Program-made: the position numbers and the translations under genes
Shown: positions 53,276-64,000 of the stretch, piece after piece
Numbering within the stretch: position 1 is the stretch's first letter
Layout of the letters: each line of letters starts with the position of its first letter
Notes under the pieces: model-generated
Seen by the model: only the letters and a program-made list of their open reading frames with translations
Told to the model about the DNA's origin: nothing
The model's database searches: none
Assembly (NCBI GenBank): GCA_028023455.1
Contig: JAQFVV010000010.1
Coordinates: 11,656,001 to 11,720,000 of the forward strand
Reading direction: 5' to 3'
DNA: 64,000 nucleotides
Origin: Epiperipatus broadwayi
Lineage: Eukaryota; Animalia; Onychophora

Positions 53276-54466
53276 TTATTTTTTTTGCATGTGTGGGGTC
53301 ATATGTATCAGTGGTATAAGATAGTGTGGATAGTTGAAGGGTGCTTAAAAGTCTGAGTTCAAATCCCCTATATTTACTTTCAATACTATTTATATATTAT
53401 TATTAACTTTCATTACAACTCGTTTAGCACAATGATTATTTTACTTAAGTACAGATATTTTATCTTCTGTAAATGATCTTAAAAAAAATTGAAATATAGA
53501 TTGTTTGTCCTCTTAGATTAGTCTTTTGTTATTATTGTTTTTTTTTAGACCAACACCTGCTTATTTTTGTACTGCAAAATCCTTATTTTTTTTAAAGATT
53601 ATAGGTGAGTTCATTTAAATTAAATAATAGATCTCCCTATACTTTGCTAACCAAAGTTTAACCTTCCTTTCCTCTGGTAGTATTTTATATTTTCTCTTAA
53701 GTCCAGACATGACCCGTTAAATCTACAATTATAAAATCATTCTATCTGCATTAGTATGTCTTTTTTGCTTTTTCTTTTTTAAAAAAAAAACCTGCTATCT
53801 ATTATTATCACAAAAGTATAAACAAAACAAAAAAAAGCTATCTTTAATTTTTCTCCTTTTATATTTATCACATTTTTAATAAAATTTGTTATCATGTTTT
53901 TATTGTCCTACAATCCATATATATATATTCTTGTTTTATTCTTTCATCTCTACATATATATCATGTGGTCCAAAATTATTAATATTAGCATATGTAAATA
54001 TTTTTCTGAAGTGTATTAAAATTAAGATAATTACTTCAGAAACAGTATTATTATTTGCATAATCATGAAATCCATTTTATTTACAATCTGCATAATATAC
54101 ATAGAGATATTTCAGTCCTCCCCTACTCTAGAAATAATACTTTCAATCACATATATAGTCCATTAATCTAGCTGCTTTCCTGTCTATGTATCTCTTCCTA
54201 GGAAACATTTTTCTTCCTCCTTCTATAGTTTGTTTTTCTTCTTATAGCAGTCTAGAAATAACACTATCTTTCTCAGACTCAATTATTTGATCCATACTGT
54301 GATCATTTATTATCTAGTTTTTGTCGTTTTTTCTTAGCTAATGAAGTATTTTTTGTTCCACATTCTTCATATGAGACTTTTCTTATCCTTTGCCAATTTA
54401 TTCTCAAAAACATTAACATATTGTATCTCATTTAGATGAGGACATATATGATTTACGTCTTAGCAG

Positions 54467-55209
54467 AACAGGCAAAACTCTCTATTATGTATTGCCACTC
54501 AGTGCAAGCCAGAGTAATCAATGGATGCCATAAGGCTTGTGCATAAAATCCTCATCTAATGCCTACTCATCCAACATCCCCAGACTAGTTTTTGGCTTGT
54601 GGCCTTTGTCAGTAAGGATCCTTGGATCTGGGAGCACTGTATCTAAATCTTAGGATCTAATGCAGGGGTCCCCAACCTTTTTGCACTTAAGAGCACATTC
54701 TATAATACTGGTCAGGTGGCGGGCACCATTTATTTTTTTCAACCAGATGGCAGGCACCATTTATTTTTTCAAAGTAAATTTATAGTTGGATATTGTTAAT
54801 AATACACAAAATGTACAAAAAAATATTTATTTCAAAAATAAAATTTTAACATATAATTAATGTTTATATTTTTACAACTGTAAAAGTATAGTATGCCCTA
54901 CAATTTTATTACAATATAATACAATAATTTATAACAAATTTTAAAAATTAAATTTATTTGTATCAGATAAATAATTTTTTATCTTGTTCGGATAGCAGCG
55001 GGCACACATAAAATGGGCATAGGGTTGTGGACCCCTGATCTAATGTAACCTTCCAGAAACCACCTTTTATCTCTACTTAATTACAAAACTATGAGTCTTA
55101 AATTGAAATCACTATAATATTATCAACCAAAACTCATTAGCTTATATAGTCATATAGGTCTGAACTCAATTCAGTACCTATACATATTGGTGATCATGTG
55201 ATGCTTAAT
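54467..55209 (-). mobile_element. HHR-repeat family B copy (HHR decayed) interrupted by a hAT MITE
   Basis: GGCAAAACTCTC end at ~54471 and GTGATCATGTGATG end at ~55192. HHR remnant CTGACAA...AAAA-CTAG-TC-TGGGGA. Degenerate TSD GTCTTA(G/T)CAG. Confidence 0.75.
54663..55037. mobile_element. hAT-superfamily MITE
   Basis: TIRs CAGGGGTCCCCAACC and GGTTGTGGACCCCTG. 8-bp TSD ATCTAATG at 54655-62 and 55038-45. Confidence 0.9.
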
Positions 55210-55399
55210 GTCTTATCAGTCATAGTTGCCTAGACAAAGTTTGCAATATCACTTCTGTCATCAATTTTTTTTTTTAAATATTGTTTATCCACGTGCTATC
55301 TGCAATTTTACATTTTTCATAATCATTAAATGTTTCATATGTAGTTGGAAACAACTCAGTGAGAACAAAAATGTCAGCACATTAATAATTCGACAGATG

Positions 55400-58300
55400 T
55401 CTTGTTAGTTGCTGTTTATGGAGCAAAGTTTACAGGAACATAGTATGAACTAGTATTTCTGGAACAGACTTAAAACAAGTTTTGTTCAATGTAGGCTTCA
55501 AATGTTGAATGGCATTCTCAGCTATGCCATTACTCTCGGGGTGATAAGGTGAAGTAAGAATGTACCATCTCCCTTTATTATCTAAATAATCCACAAATTG
55601 CTGAGAGGCAAAATCTGTTCCATTATTAATTATAATAATCTCCAGATAACAATATATAGCAAAAATTCTCTCAGTGCTTAAATATTACATTTTGCATTCA
55701 TATTCTTTATTATCTTTTATTCAGTCCAATGAGAAAAACACATCAAAAACTATATATCCATGAACTGGTCTGCATCATCTAAACATTTACAAAGTTTCAT
55801 AGACTTAGGACACGCTTTAAATTTTTTAGATGGCAATTTAGTGGTTGACAAACAATGTGCATTTCTTTACTATTTATTCTATTTTACCACACACAACTCC
55901 AGGATGACCTCAATGAAGTAAAGTAAGTGCATGGTTCTGGCTTTCTGGAAGTAGGACTACATGGTCAGTCATTAATAGACAATTATTGCTAGATGATAAA
56001 CTATGTTGTAAATTCCAAATGAGCTTTACAACTTATGTTTTCCTTGCCAGCCATATTTTATTCATTTCAGTAATTAGATATAATTTTAGTCTTGTTTAAT
56101 CTACTTAACAATTATTAAGTTAAATAGAGTCCATAGCGTCTATAAAATTTATCTCACTAATGCCATATTACTTTTCTTTAGTGTCAGGTAGAAGCGATAA
56201 AACATCCACATGTCCAATCTGCTTTTCTGGCTTATACATTAATTCATAATCATATCCCTAGTAATATACTTATTCAGAACAACATGTATTGACTTATGCA
56301 TTCAGGATTTTTTTCCGATCCCAAATATTCCTAGAGGCAGATGATGATCTATGCAGATTTAAAATTTTCAGTCATAAATATAGTAATGAAATTTTTTTAT
56401 AGGAAAAATAACTGCTAATATTTCTTTGTTAATATGGAAGTAGTTTTTTTCAACTGCTTTCACTTCCATGGCATGGATGAAAAATTATGGCTCCAACACC
56501 ATATTCTGATGCATAATCCATATCACTACAGTAGTGAGTCATAAGATCAGTTCCAACATTGTTTCTTTTTAAATAATTGATACAAGGGTGCTAGCAAATG
56601 AGATTTCTTTCTTTAAAGAAACTCTAATAATAGTTTAACAATCTTAAAAATGCTTGCAATTCTTTCACATTTCTTAATCTCAAAGCATTTATTATGCAAG
56701 GCAAAACTCTCCATACAGTAGTTCCACCCTGTGCCAATGAGAGTAATCATTATGTGCTAGTATAAGAGATGGTGATCATGTGATGTTTAGCATTTATTAT
56801 GACTGTCACTTTATATGAATTTGGATGTTTTCCATTTTTATTTATAATGTTTCCAAGAAACTTTATCTCATTTGTAGACCAGATGCACTTCAACGTATTT
56901 ATCTTGGCGCCTATATTATCCAATTTTGAACAAAGGGCATTTACTAGCCTTTCTTATTCCAGCTCCAATTCTGATATATTCAAAATATAATCTAAGTATG
57001 GAATGATGTTGTCCATGCTATGAAAAAGTGTATGCATTTTTTCTTGGAAAATATTTAATTTTACCATAATTCCATATGGAAATTTATTACATGTATAATT
57101 TCCCAAATTTACTATTCCTTCAATTGCATGAATTTGGTGGAAGGCAAGTTTAAGGAATACGGTTTAAGGTCTTTTTGGGGGGAAGTACAAAGCTTTTTCA
57201 ATGAAGTCAATACTTCAGTATACTAGGAACTGATAGGCAACTATATTAATAAATTTATTTAATGCAGTAGTCTCCACACAATCTAGGATTTACATCTGGT
57301 TTTATAATAACTACAGGTGTAACCTAGAATGAATCTTCTATCAATGTTAGTATTCCCTTTTGCACCATCTTGCTGATAGTTTTTCCTACTTTTTTTTTTC
57401 AGTGGGAAATGAAACTTTATGTGGTTTACAGATAATGGATTGCACTTCCTTTATTAAGTTAATGCCAACTGACCATGTTTTAACTCCACTGGTCCAACCT
57501 TAAACAGCCCAGGGTATTTCTTTTGTACCTTGTTTGCAATTGAATTTTATGATGTTTTTATGGTTTCCTACAGGGTGAAAGTAATTCCATCCAAATGGTT
57601 AACTAAAATTTTTGTTAACATTATACAATAGAAGAAATTTAATTCTTGAATTTAGTTTTACAGATAATGTTCTCTTTCACACATATAATTTCACTGATGT
57701 TAATATCTGTTGTGACAATATTCATTTTTGCAAGCATCATTTTCTTTCAATGACCTCTGTTGACTTTTAGACAGTCTTTATTATGATATCAATGATAGCC
57801 TGAACCATTAAATTTTTGATCACATATTCACATCAAGAAGTTTGTGATCATTGTGTGTACAATAATACTTCTTCATGTTATAATTACTACTCACTCTCCT
57901 TTCCCCAGATTTGTAGTCTGTCATTTGCTTAATTTTGACACTTCTTTCTTTACTGTGATAGATGTATGATAAATATCCTCTCTTTTTACAAATAGTGCAT
58001 GTTTTACTTTTATGTTCACAGTTTTTACTTAAACAGCCACTTTTACCATAATAACAACAAGTACAACATATTTTATTCGATTAGGGTCCAGTATATTTGT
58101 ATTTGTTTTCTGTACTGAGAGAGAGATATTTGAATCAGCTGTTGTGATAATGAAAATTCTGAAGTGTTGTCAAGCATGGCTTCTTGTGTGATGCATTTCT
58201 CTATCACATGTTTATAGTTGAGGTTGGGTTCGCTCAACAATATTTTTCTGAAATTTGAATCCAACATGCCATATAGAAAATAGTTCTAACAAGATATCAT

Positions 58301-58625
58301 TAATTTCCAAGTTGAAATCACCATATTTTGCAAAATTCCTCAATGCTATGTCATAATCTCCATATTTTTCATGAGGTAATTGTTTTCTGCTTTTTAGTTT
58401 CAATCATGCTACCCATTTTGTTATTTTTGGAGTGAAATATCCATTTAATTTGTCAGTCAGTTCATGATATAAAACTTTTTTGGATATTATAGGGTCATAC
58501 AATTCATTTGCTAGTTGTACAACATCTTGTCCTGCAAGCCATAAGAATGTAGACACTTTCAATCATTTCTCATCTTTTTTTTTCTGAGCTTTTACAGAAT
58601 TTTCCCACAAAGCACCAATCTTCAT
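55400..58625 (-). mobile_element. Decayed Ty3/Gypsy gag-pol remnant
   Basis: gag SRKQLPHEKYGDYDIALRNFAK and FRKILLSEPNL. RT TPVVIIKPDVNPRLCGDY, KFPYGI...IFQEKM and PYLDYIL. Integrase H*GHPGV. Many stops. Confidence 0.75.
56697..56788 (-). mobile_element. 92-bp internally deleted (HHR-less) family B derivative
   Basis: Both family-B termini are present. 13-bp TSD AGCATTTATTATG at 56684-96 and 56789-801. Confidence 0.85.
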
Positions 58626-59017
58626 AAACAAAGGCAAAACTTTCCATACAGTAGTGCCACCCTGTGCCAAACAGAGTAATCAATGGATGCCAGAAGGCTT
58701 GTGCATAAAATCCCTATCTAGTGCCTACTCATCCAATATCACCAGACTGGTTTCTGGCTTGTGGCCATCATCAGTGAGGAGCCTTGGATCTGAGAGCACT
58801 GCACCTAGATCTTAGGATCTAATGCAACAAGCCAGAAACTAGTCTGGGGATATTGGATGAGTAGGCACTAGATAGGGATTTTATGCACAAGCCTTCTGGC
58901 ATCCATTGATTACTCTGTTTGGCACAGGGTGGGACTACTGTATGGAGAGTTTTGCCTTTGTTTACAACAATTATGTGCTAATATAGAAATGGTGATCATG
59001 TGATGTTTAGTGGTTAA
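58626..59017 (-). mobile_element. HHR-repeat family B insertion with an internal inverted duplication
   Basis: 13-bp TSD CACCAATCTTCAT at 58613-25 and 59018-30. 58826-58965 is an inverted near-identical copy of ~58626-58762. Confidence 0.88.
58731..58790 (-). ncRNA. Type I hammerhead ribozyme (family B), core intact
   Basis: GATCCAA-GGC-TCCTCA-CTGATGA-TGGC-CACAA-GCCA-GAAA-CCAG-TC-TGGTGA-TA-TTGGAT, with a GUC site. Confidence 0.8.
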
Positions 59018-60354
59018 CACCAATCTTCATGATAGATAATTTTATATTATTATATAATGATGTCACTATTCATGATTTAAAGGTAATGGTATTATACACA
59101 ATCACTACTATTCTAGTGAATCACTATTATTTTCATAAAGAAGGTATGGTTGAACTGTTGAAAATGACATTCTGATATTGTTTGCATAGATTCTTCTTGA
59201 ACTATTGATTCCATCCATTCCACTATATTCTACATTCTAATATTGTTTGCATGGATTCTTCTTGAATTATTGATTGCCTCCATTCAACCATGTCCTGAGG
59301 ATGTTTATTAAATACCTATTGAGAAAGCATCAATCACTTTAAATAAATTAACACAAATTTAGTAACAAAACAATTTATTTAACAATAATAATAATGAAAT
59401 GAATAATGTGGACTCCATAAGAACCAAATATAGTCTCTTATTAATTCTCTAATTGCATATTTCATTTCTCACATATACAGGATATTACAAGCAATATTAT
59501 GTGTTTTTTCTCGTTAAGTGATATATGTGTATATTCTTTAAGGAACAATAACACTTCTAACAATTCAATATTTTATTTTAGCCGACTAACTGTTGTGTTA
59601 ACAACTTATCAATATTCTCTCCAAAGTTTCTTTATGCTTTCTTAGCACACACACTTTTCATACACCAATTTACTATCTCTCTGCCAATCCTAGTTTTAGA
59701 TTGAGTTTTTTAAATGCGAGTCCTATTTTTTTTTTTTACATATAAATGGCTAATTTACATAAGTCTGTTTATTATACTTGCAAATTATTAATAAGAATAT
59801 GTAGATTTTTTTAAGAATATATTAAAATTAAGATAATTAATTTAGAAACAATCTGTCCATATTTACATAATTATGAAATCCATTTTATTTACAGTTTATA
59901 TAATATATGCATAGATATTCTATGTATATAAAGATAGTGTCTGATTGTTTATTTGAAAAATATACTGACAGCAGTACACTTTTCTAGCTTATAAAAAATA
60001 GTCAGTAATGACTTCATTACTGCAAATAGATATAAGCACTCGGAAAATGAATAAATACTTAGATGGCAAGTGCATCAGTTTATACAGTCACATAACACTA
60101 ATTTTTAGCTAATTGCCCGTATTTTGATACTAGAATTTGTATTGTTTTTATTCATTTACTTTTCATTTTCTCATCGAAGTCAGTGATTTCACATTTAACC
60201 AATGAGTTTGTATAAGTGTATGTTGATTGACATATGATGACGGACATTTGTAAATTAATCTTTAATTTTTTGAATAGGATGGAAAGTGGATTAAAAAAAT
60301 TGAATAATAATAATAATAAGATTCACTATATAAAAAGCCTGTGTTTCAGTTATT

Positions 60355-60790
60355 ACATAGTAGAGATGTCTGTCCATCCCTTCTATATGTATTAAATGGA
60401 TTATGTCCTATACATGAGGGGTCAGATTGACCTATGGTCAATATGGGTGTGACAAGAATCTGGGTCTCAGGGTGGCTTTTAATCATTCCATCATCAGATT
60501 TTCAGTTGGATGAACGGTTGAAGAGTTAGAGTGTGGAGTGGATTGAAGCCTGTCCATTAAAGTATGAAGATTGGCTATCTTAATATATATCTGAGCACTT
60601 ATAGCATATATGTGTAGAAATGGTAATCTGGACCAACTGATGATTTCTGGTTTAGCATGAAATGCGTATATTGGTGATTATTTATCTTTTCGACATATAT
60701 GTGTTCAAGTGTATCAGTGTTATGAGATAGAGTGAAGAGTGGTGGGTGGTGTGAAAGTCTGTGATCATATACCCTATACATTATATAAAA
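60355..60790 (+). mobile_element. HHR-repeat family A near-monomer copy (HHR at 60623-60681)
   Basis: GTAATC-TGG-ACCAA-CTGATGA-TTTCTG-GTT-TAGCAT-GAAA-TGCGTA-TA-TTGGT-GATTAT. Flanks are collinear with 52950-53370. Confidence 0.85.
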
Positions 60791-61229
60791 AGTTGTAAAA
60801 GAAAAAACAAATTTAATGTAAAATAAAAAATCCAATCAGATTTTCAATATTTCATCTAGCTTTTTGACACCCCAAGTTAAACAAATTCTTGCTTGCTGAT
60901 AAAGTCGACAAAGGCAAAAGGAACACACACAGGGTGCCATGCTATATGAAACGCCAAAATAGGTGTATAATTCTTTTAAAGAAAAATAATATAACATAAA
61001 TAATTGAGACTTTTTGTAGCAACAAAAGCAAAAAAAAAAACATTTTTTGTAATATTTTGCGATTTTTTTTTATATAATTAAATACTGTACTTAAAAACTA
61101 ATTTATAATTATTTATCAATAAAAAAATTTGATGAGATATTAATTTATATAGATATATATTTAATCTTATATATTTTGTTGCCTTACCTAGGATGAAAAC
61201 AGACAAAACACTATATGCATTTTGTCTGT

Positions 61230-61292
61230 TTAATAACAGTTAAGAGCAAGCATTAAGAAATCAGTGATCATGTGATGTTTATTGACTTACTC
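61230..61292 (-). repeat. Family B terminal fragment
   Basis: GAGCAAGCATTAAGAAATCAGTGATCATGTGATGTTT matches the copies at 63.1 and 56.8 kb. Confidence 0.55.
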
Positions 61293-61580
61293 AGGATGCC
61301 AAAAAAGATAGTACCATTGGCTCCACTTACTGAGTCTATGTAAGATTATTAAAATAAAAACATAAATTCTATAAGAAGATATTAGAATCATTTTTTTATA
61401 TTTTGAATCTTGAATATTAGAGGCGACACAGTAAGTTTCTTAAGTCTTACAGAAAACATGCAATTTGTAAACGATATAAGTCTTATCCAACTGACAATTG
61501 TTTTTCATAAAAATAATATTGCATGAGGTCTATTTTGCATATAAATTAATTAAGCGTAATAACAATATCAAAAAACTACT

Positions 61581-62082
61581 AATATGCCTAAAAGCGTTAA
61601 AACGCAAGTATTGGTGGAACTAATTACAGATAATAAGATTAATTACTGAGCGCTTCCAAAAAGTTTTTATCTTCTCATAATCATAGCCAGCCAGTTAAAA
61701 GAGCACCATGGAAAATGTATGCGATAAATATTTAAATTTATGCAAAGTGGGAGAGTTCATTTTTTAGAGAGAGAGAAGCATGCTTCCTTCCGGTTTATAG
61801 CATGTGTGTTAGCTATAAGTCATGCTTTTTTAACTTTACATTTAGAGTCATAGCGCTCTATGCAACCCATGCTATAAACCAGAAGAAAACATGCTTCTCT
61901 CTCCAAAAAGTGGATTTTCCAACCTACTTTGCATAAATTTAAATGCACACATTTTCCATTATGCTCATTCAACTCGCTGGTTGTGATTATGAGAAGATAA
62001 ATCTTCTCGAAAGCTCTCAGTCATTGATCTTACCTGAAATTAGCTTCACCAATACTTGCGTTTTAGCACATTTAGACATATT
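61581..62082. mobile_element. MITE / fold-back element with ~220-bp arms
   Basis: AAAACGCAAGTATTGGTG pairs with CACCAATACTTGCGTTTT, ATTTAAATTTATGCAAAGT with ACTTTGCATAAATTTAAAT, and GGTTTATAGCATG with CATGCTATAAACC. Confidence 0.8.
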
Positions 62083-62546
62083 ACCTTTTTAATTGGAAGT
62101 TTACGTTTTTCTTATTAAAAAATTACTTGTAAATATTTTAAATTAATATACCCCCACCCCCATAAATGTTGTAAAATGTAATTAAAATGCGTACGAATTT
62201 ATTTTGTGGTTTAAGTATTCACAGCAATCACATTTAATCTTTCAACTGTTTTAAAATCGTAGTTATAGTTGAACACCCAGGCCTTAATTATGGTAGAAAT
62301 CAATATTTTTTTGTCATTTTTATTTTATTGTTCATCAAGTTATTTTTATTAAGAAATCAGTTAATAAAAAAGATTGGCATATTTTTAACTGATATTCTCA
62401 TAAAAGTTATAACAAACTCATTTAATTAACATCCTCATTAAACAAAATATCATAACAGATTTTACATAGAATGGTAACGATTTCTTTCCACCACTACTAT
62501 TTACTATATTCTGTTGGGTGCTATTTAACATTGTTTTATGTGATTT

Positions 62547-62646
62547 TTTTTTTCTCATGTGTCATAGCATCAGCCGGGAAGCGAACCCGCTAACCTGGGA
62601 CAACTGCTTGTAAAGCAGCTGTCGCTGACCTCTCAACCACCAATGA
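62547..62646 (-). mobile_element. tRNA-derived short SINE, copy 6
   Basis: Reverse complement of the SINE consensus, with a T-run (A-tail) at 62547-53. Confidence 0.75.
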
Positions 62647-63077
62647 TTTTCTTTTAAAAAAGTAACATAAAACAAAATTTTTTATTAAAGAATATCATTA
62701 CAAGAAATCACAGCAACATTTTGCTCTGTAAAGGACTTTGTAATTAGTACATTTATTGCCATATTAAGCAGAAAGTTTTATCTCAGACAGACCCATAGTC
62801 AAAACTATCTAGCTATCAAATATTGCTTAGTAATAGATATGTAGCTACATTTAGCTATAGAGAAAGCATGAATGTAAAACTACTGAAACTCATCACCATA
62901 TAACTAAGTTGAAAAACAATTGAATGACTGTTTCTCTTTCATAGTTACTCTATATGACCCCCTCCCCCCATGGTGGGGTCTTTGCTCTGAAATTGAGTAT
63001 TTAAAAGCTGTTTTATGTTAGATTTTATTCTAAATATAGATTATAGTGAATATATAATAAGCATTAAAGTATGTATA

Positions 63078-63145
63078 ATTATTAAAACAGGCAAAACTCT
63101 CCATAACAATCATGAGCAAGCATAAGAAATTGTGATCATGTGATG
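63078..63145 (-). mobile_element. Short HHR-less family B derivative
   Basis: CAGGCAAAACTCTCCATA...GTGATCATGTGATG. Candidate TSD GTATGTATA. Confidence 0.65.
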
Positions 63146-63178
63146 TGTATGTATAGTTACCTGGAAAAATAGCTTTAG

Positions 63179-63212
<34 letters not shown>
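63179..63212. repeat. (TA)n microsatellite
   Basis: Uninterrupted TA run. Confidence 0.95.
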
Positions 63213-63215
<3 letters not shown>

Positions 63216-64000
63216 CTTGGCTTAAAGTCTTCACTATTCAAAATATCAGCATGGAAGCTAATTCAAAGAGAAAATCTTTGTATATTTATATTTAAAAGGG
63301 TCTTTTTTAATTCAGAACTAACTATTTTCCTAATCTTCAGCACATTTGTGATTGCATTTTTTACTCTACTACTTTTTATTTGCAGTTGAAGACAGAAATT
63401 TTTTTCTCAGAAAAAAATGGATGTAGAAGTATGAGCAGTATATAAGAAATGAAAATCATCAAAGTTGGCATTCATGTTGAATAAGAAAGTTTACAATACA
63501 TTAGCACAACATAAATATTCATACAATAGAGCTCTCAACGATTCTTCCACCTATTCAGTTTTCTATCAGCACCAGAGCATTCGGACACCATAAGTGCATT
63601 CCAGACAATCCCACGATTGTGTGTAGAGAGAGAGACATGACCTTAAAAGAAAAATCAAAGAGGCCTTTTTCATCTCACGAGACAAAGATTCCATAAATAG
63701 GAAGGACACGTACTATGCTTTATCAAAGAAATGGAATTAGCATATTTGCATATCATTAAATGTAGTAGCAAGCTATGATTATGAAGGCAAGATCCTTTGA
63801 AAGTGCTCAGCTCTTTTGTTTTTAGTTATCTTTTTTATATTAACACTTTATAGCTTTTGGGAATAGTTGTGTCGCACGCGCACACATGCTAGAATACATT
63901 AAAGAAACAAAATTACCAGGAAATGTGTTCAAGATTCTTCAAGCAATTTAAAATGTTTCAAAAATGTGGGTATAGATCTACATGATTTCATTGAGAATAT

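Larger units (their letters stand above)
52354..53376 (+). mobile_element. HHR-repeat family A insertion: 5'-inverted arm plus a tandem 1.6-mer (475-nt unit), 13-bp TSD
   Basis: TSD CTTTCAATACTAT at 52341-53 and 53377-89. 52354-52590 is the reverse complement of ~52707-52948. HHRs at ~52497-52555 (-), 52742-52800 (+) and 53217-53275 (+). Confidence 0.9.

Noticed and set aside
59233-59275. CCTGAGGATG...GAAAGCATC, a hammerhead-like spacing
   Set aside because: No pairable helix II and no helix I.
63400-63880. CpG-richer segment with adjacent ATTAGCAT/ATTTGCAT octamer-like motifs, a possible exon or enhancer
   Set aside because: No ORF with recognisable homology, and octamer matches are expected by chance in DNA this AT-rich.

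Overview
AT-rich eukaryotic, probably arthropod-like, genomic DNA. The only host gene I can support is the 3' part of an ALKBH6-like 2OG/Fe(II) dioxygenase (three + strand exons: 554-658, 4547-4657, 9119-9382). The rest is mobile-element debris: two decayed Penelope-like elements, RTE-clade LINEs, a LINE with an open 649-codon RT frame, a gag-only LTR element, a decayed Ty3/Gypsy element, a tRNA-derived ~100-nt SINE (6 copies), and hAT, piggyBac-like and fold-back MITEs. The main finding is about 17 hammerhead ribozyme (HHR) motifs. They fall into two unrelated non-coding retroposed families plus Penelope-type vestiges. Family A has a ~475-483-nt unit, occurs as head-to-tail partial dimers bounded by two type I HHRs, carries Pol III A/B-box-like motifs, and has one insertion with a 5' inversion and a 13-bp target-site duplication (TSD). 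This is the architecture of a non-LTR retrozyme (circular-RNA retroelement). Family B has a ~220-280-nt unit, a different type I HHR with a palindromic ACTAGT helix III, and 13-14-bp TSDs. All structures were read by eye. No folding, alignment or database search was run, so ribozyme activity and novelty are untested.
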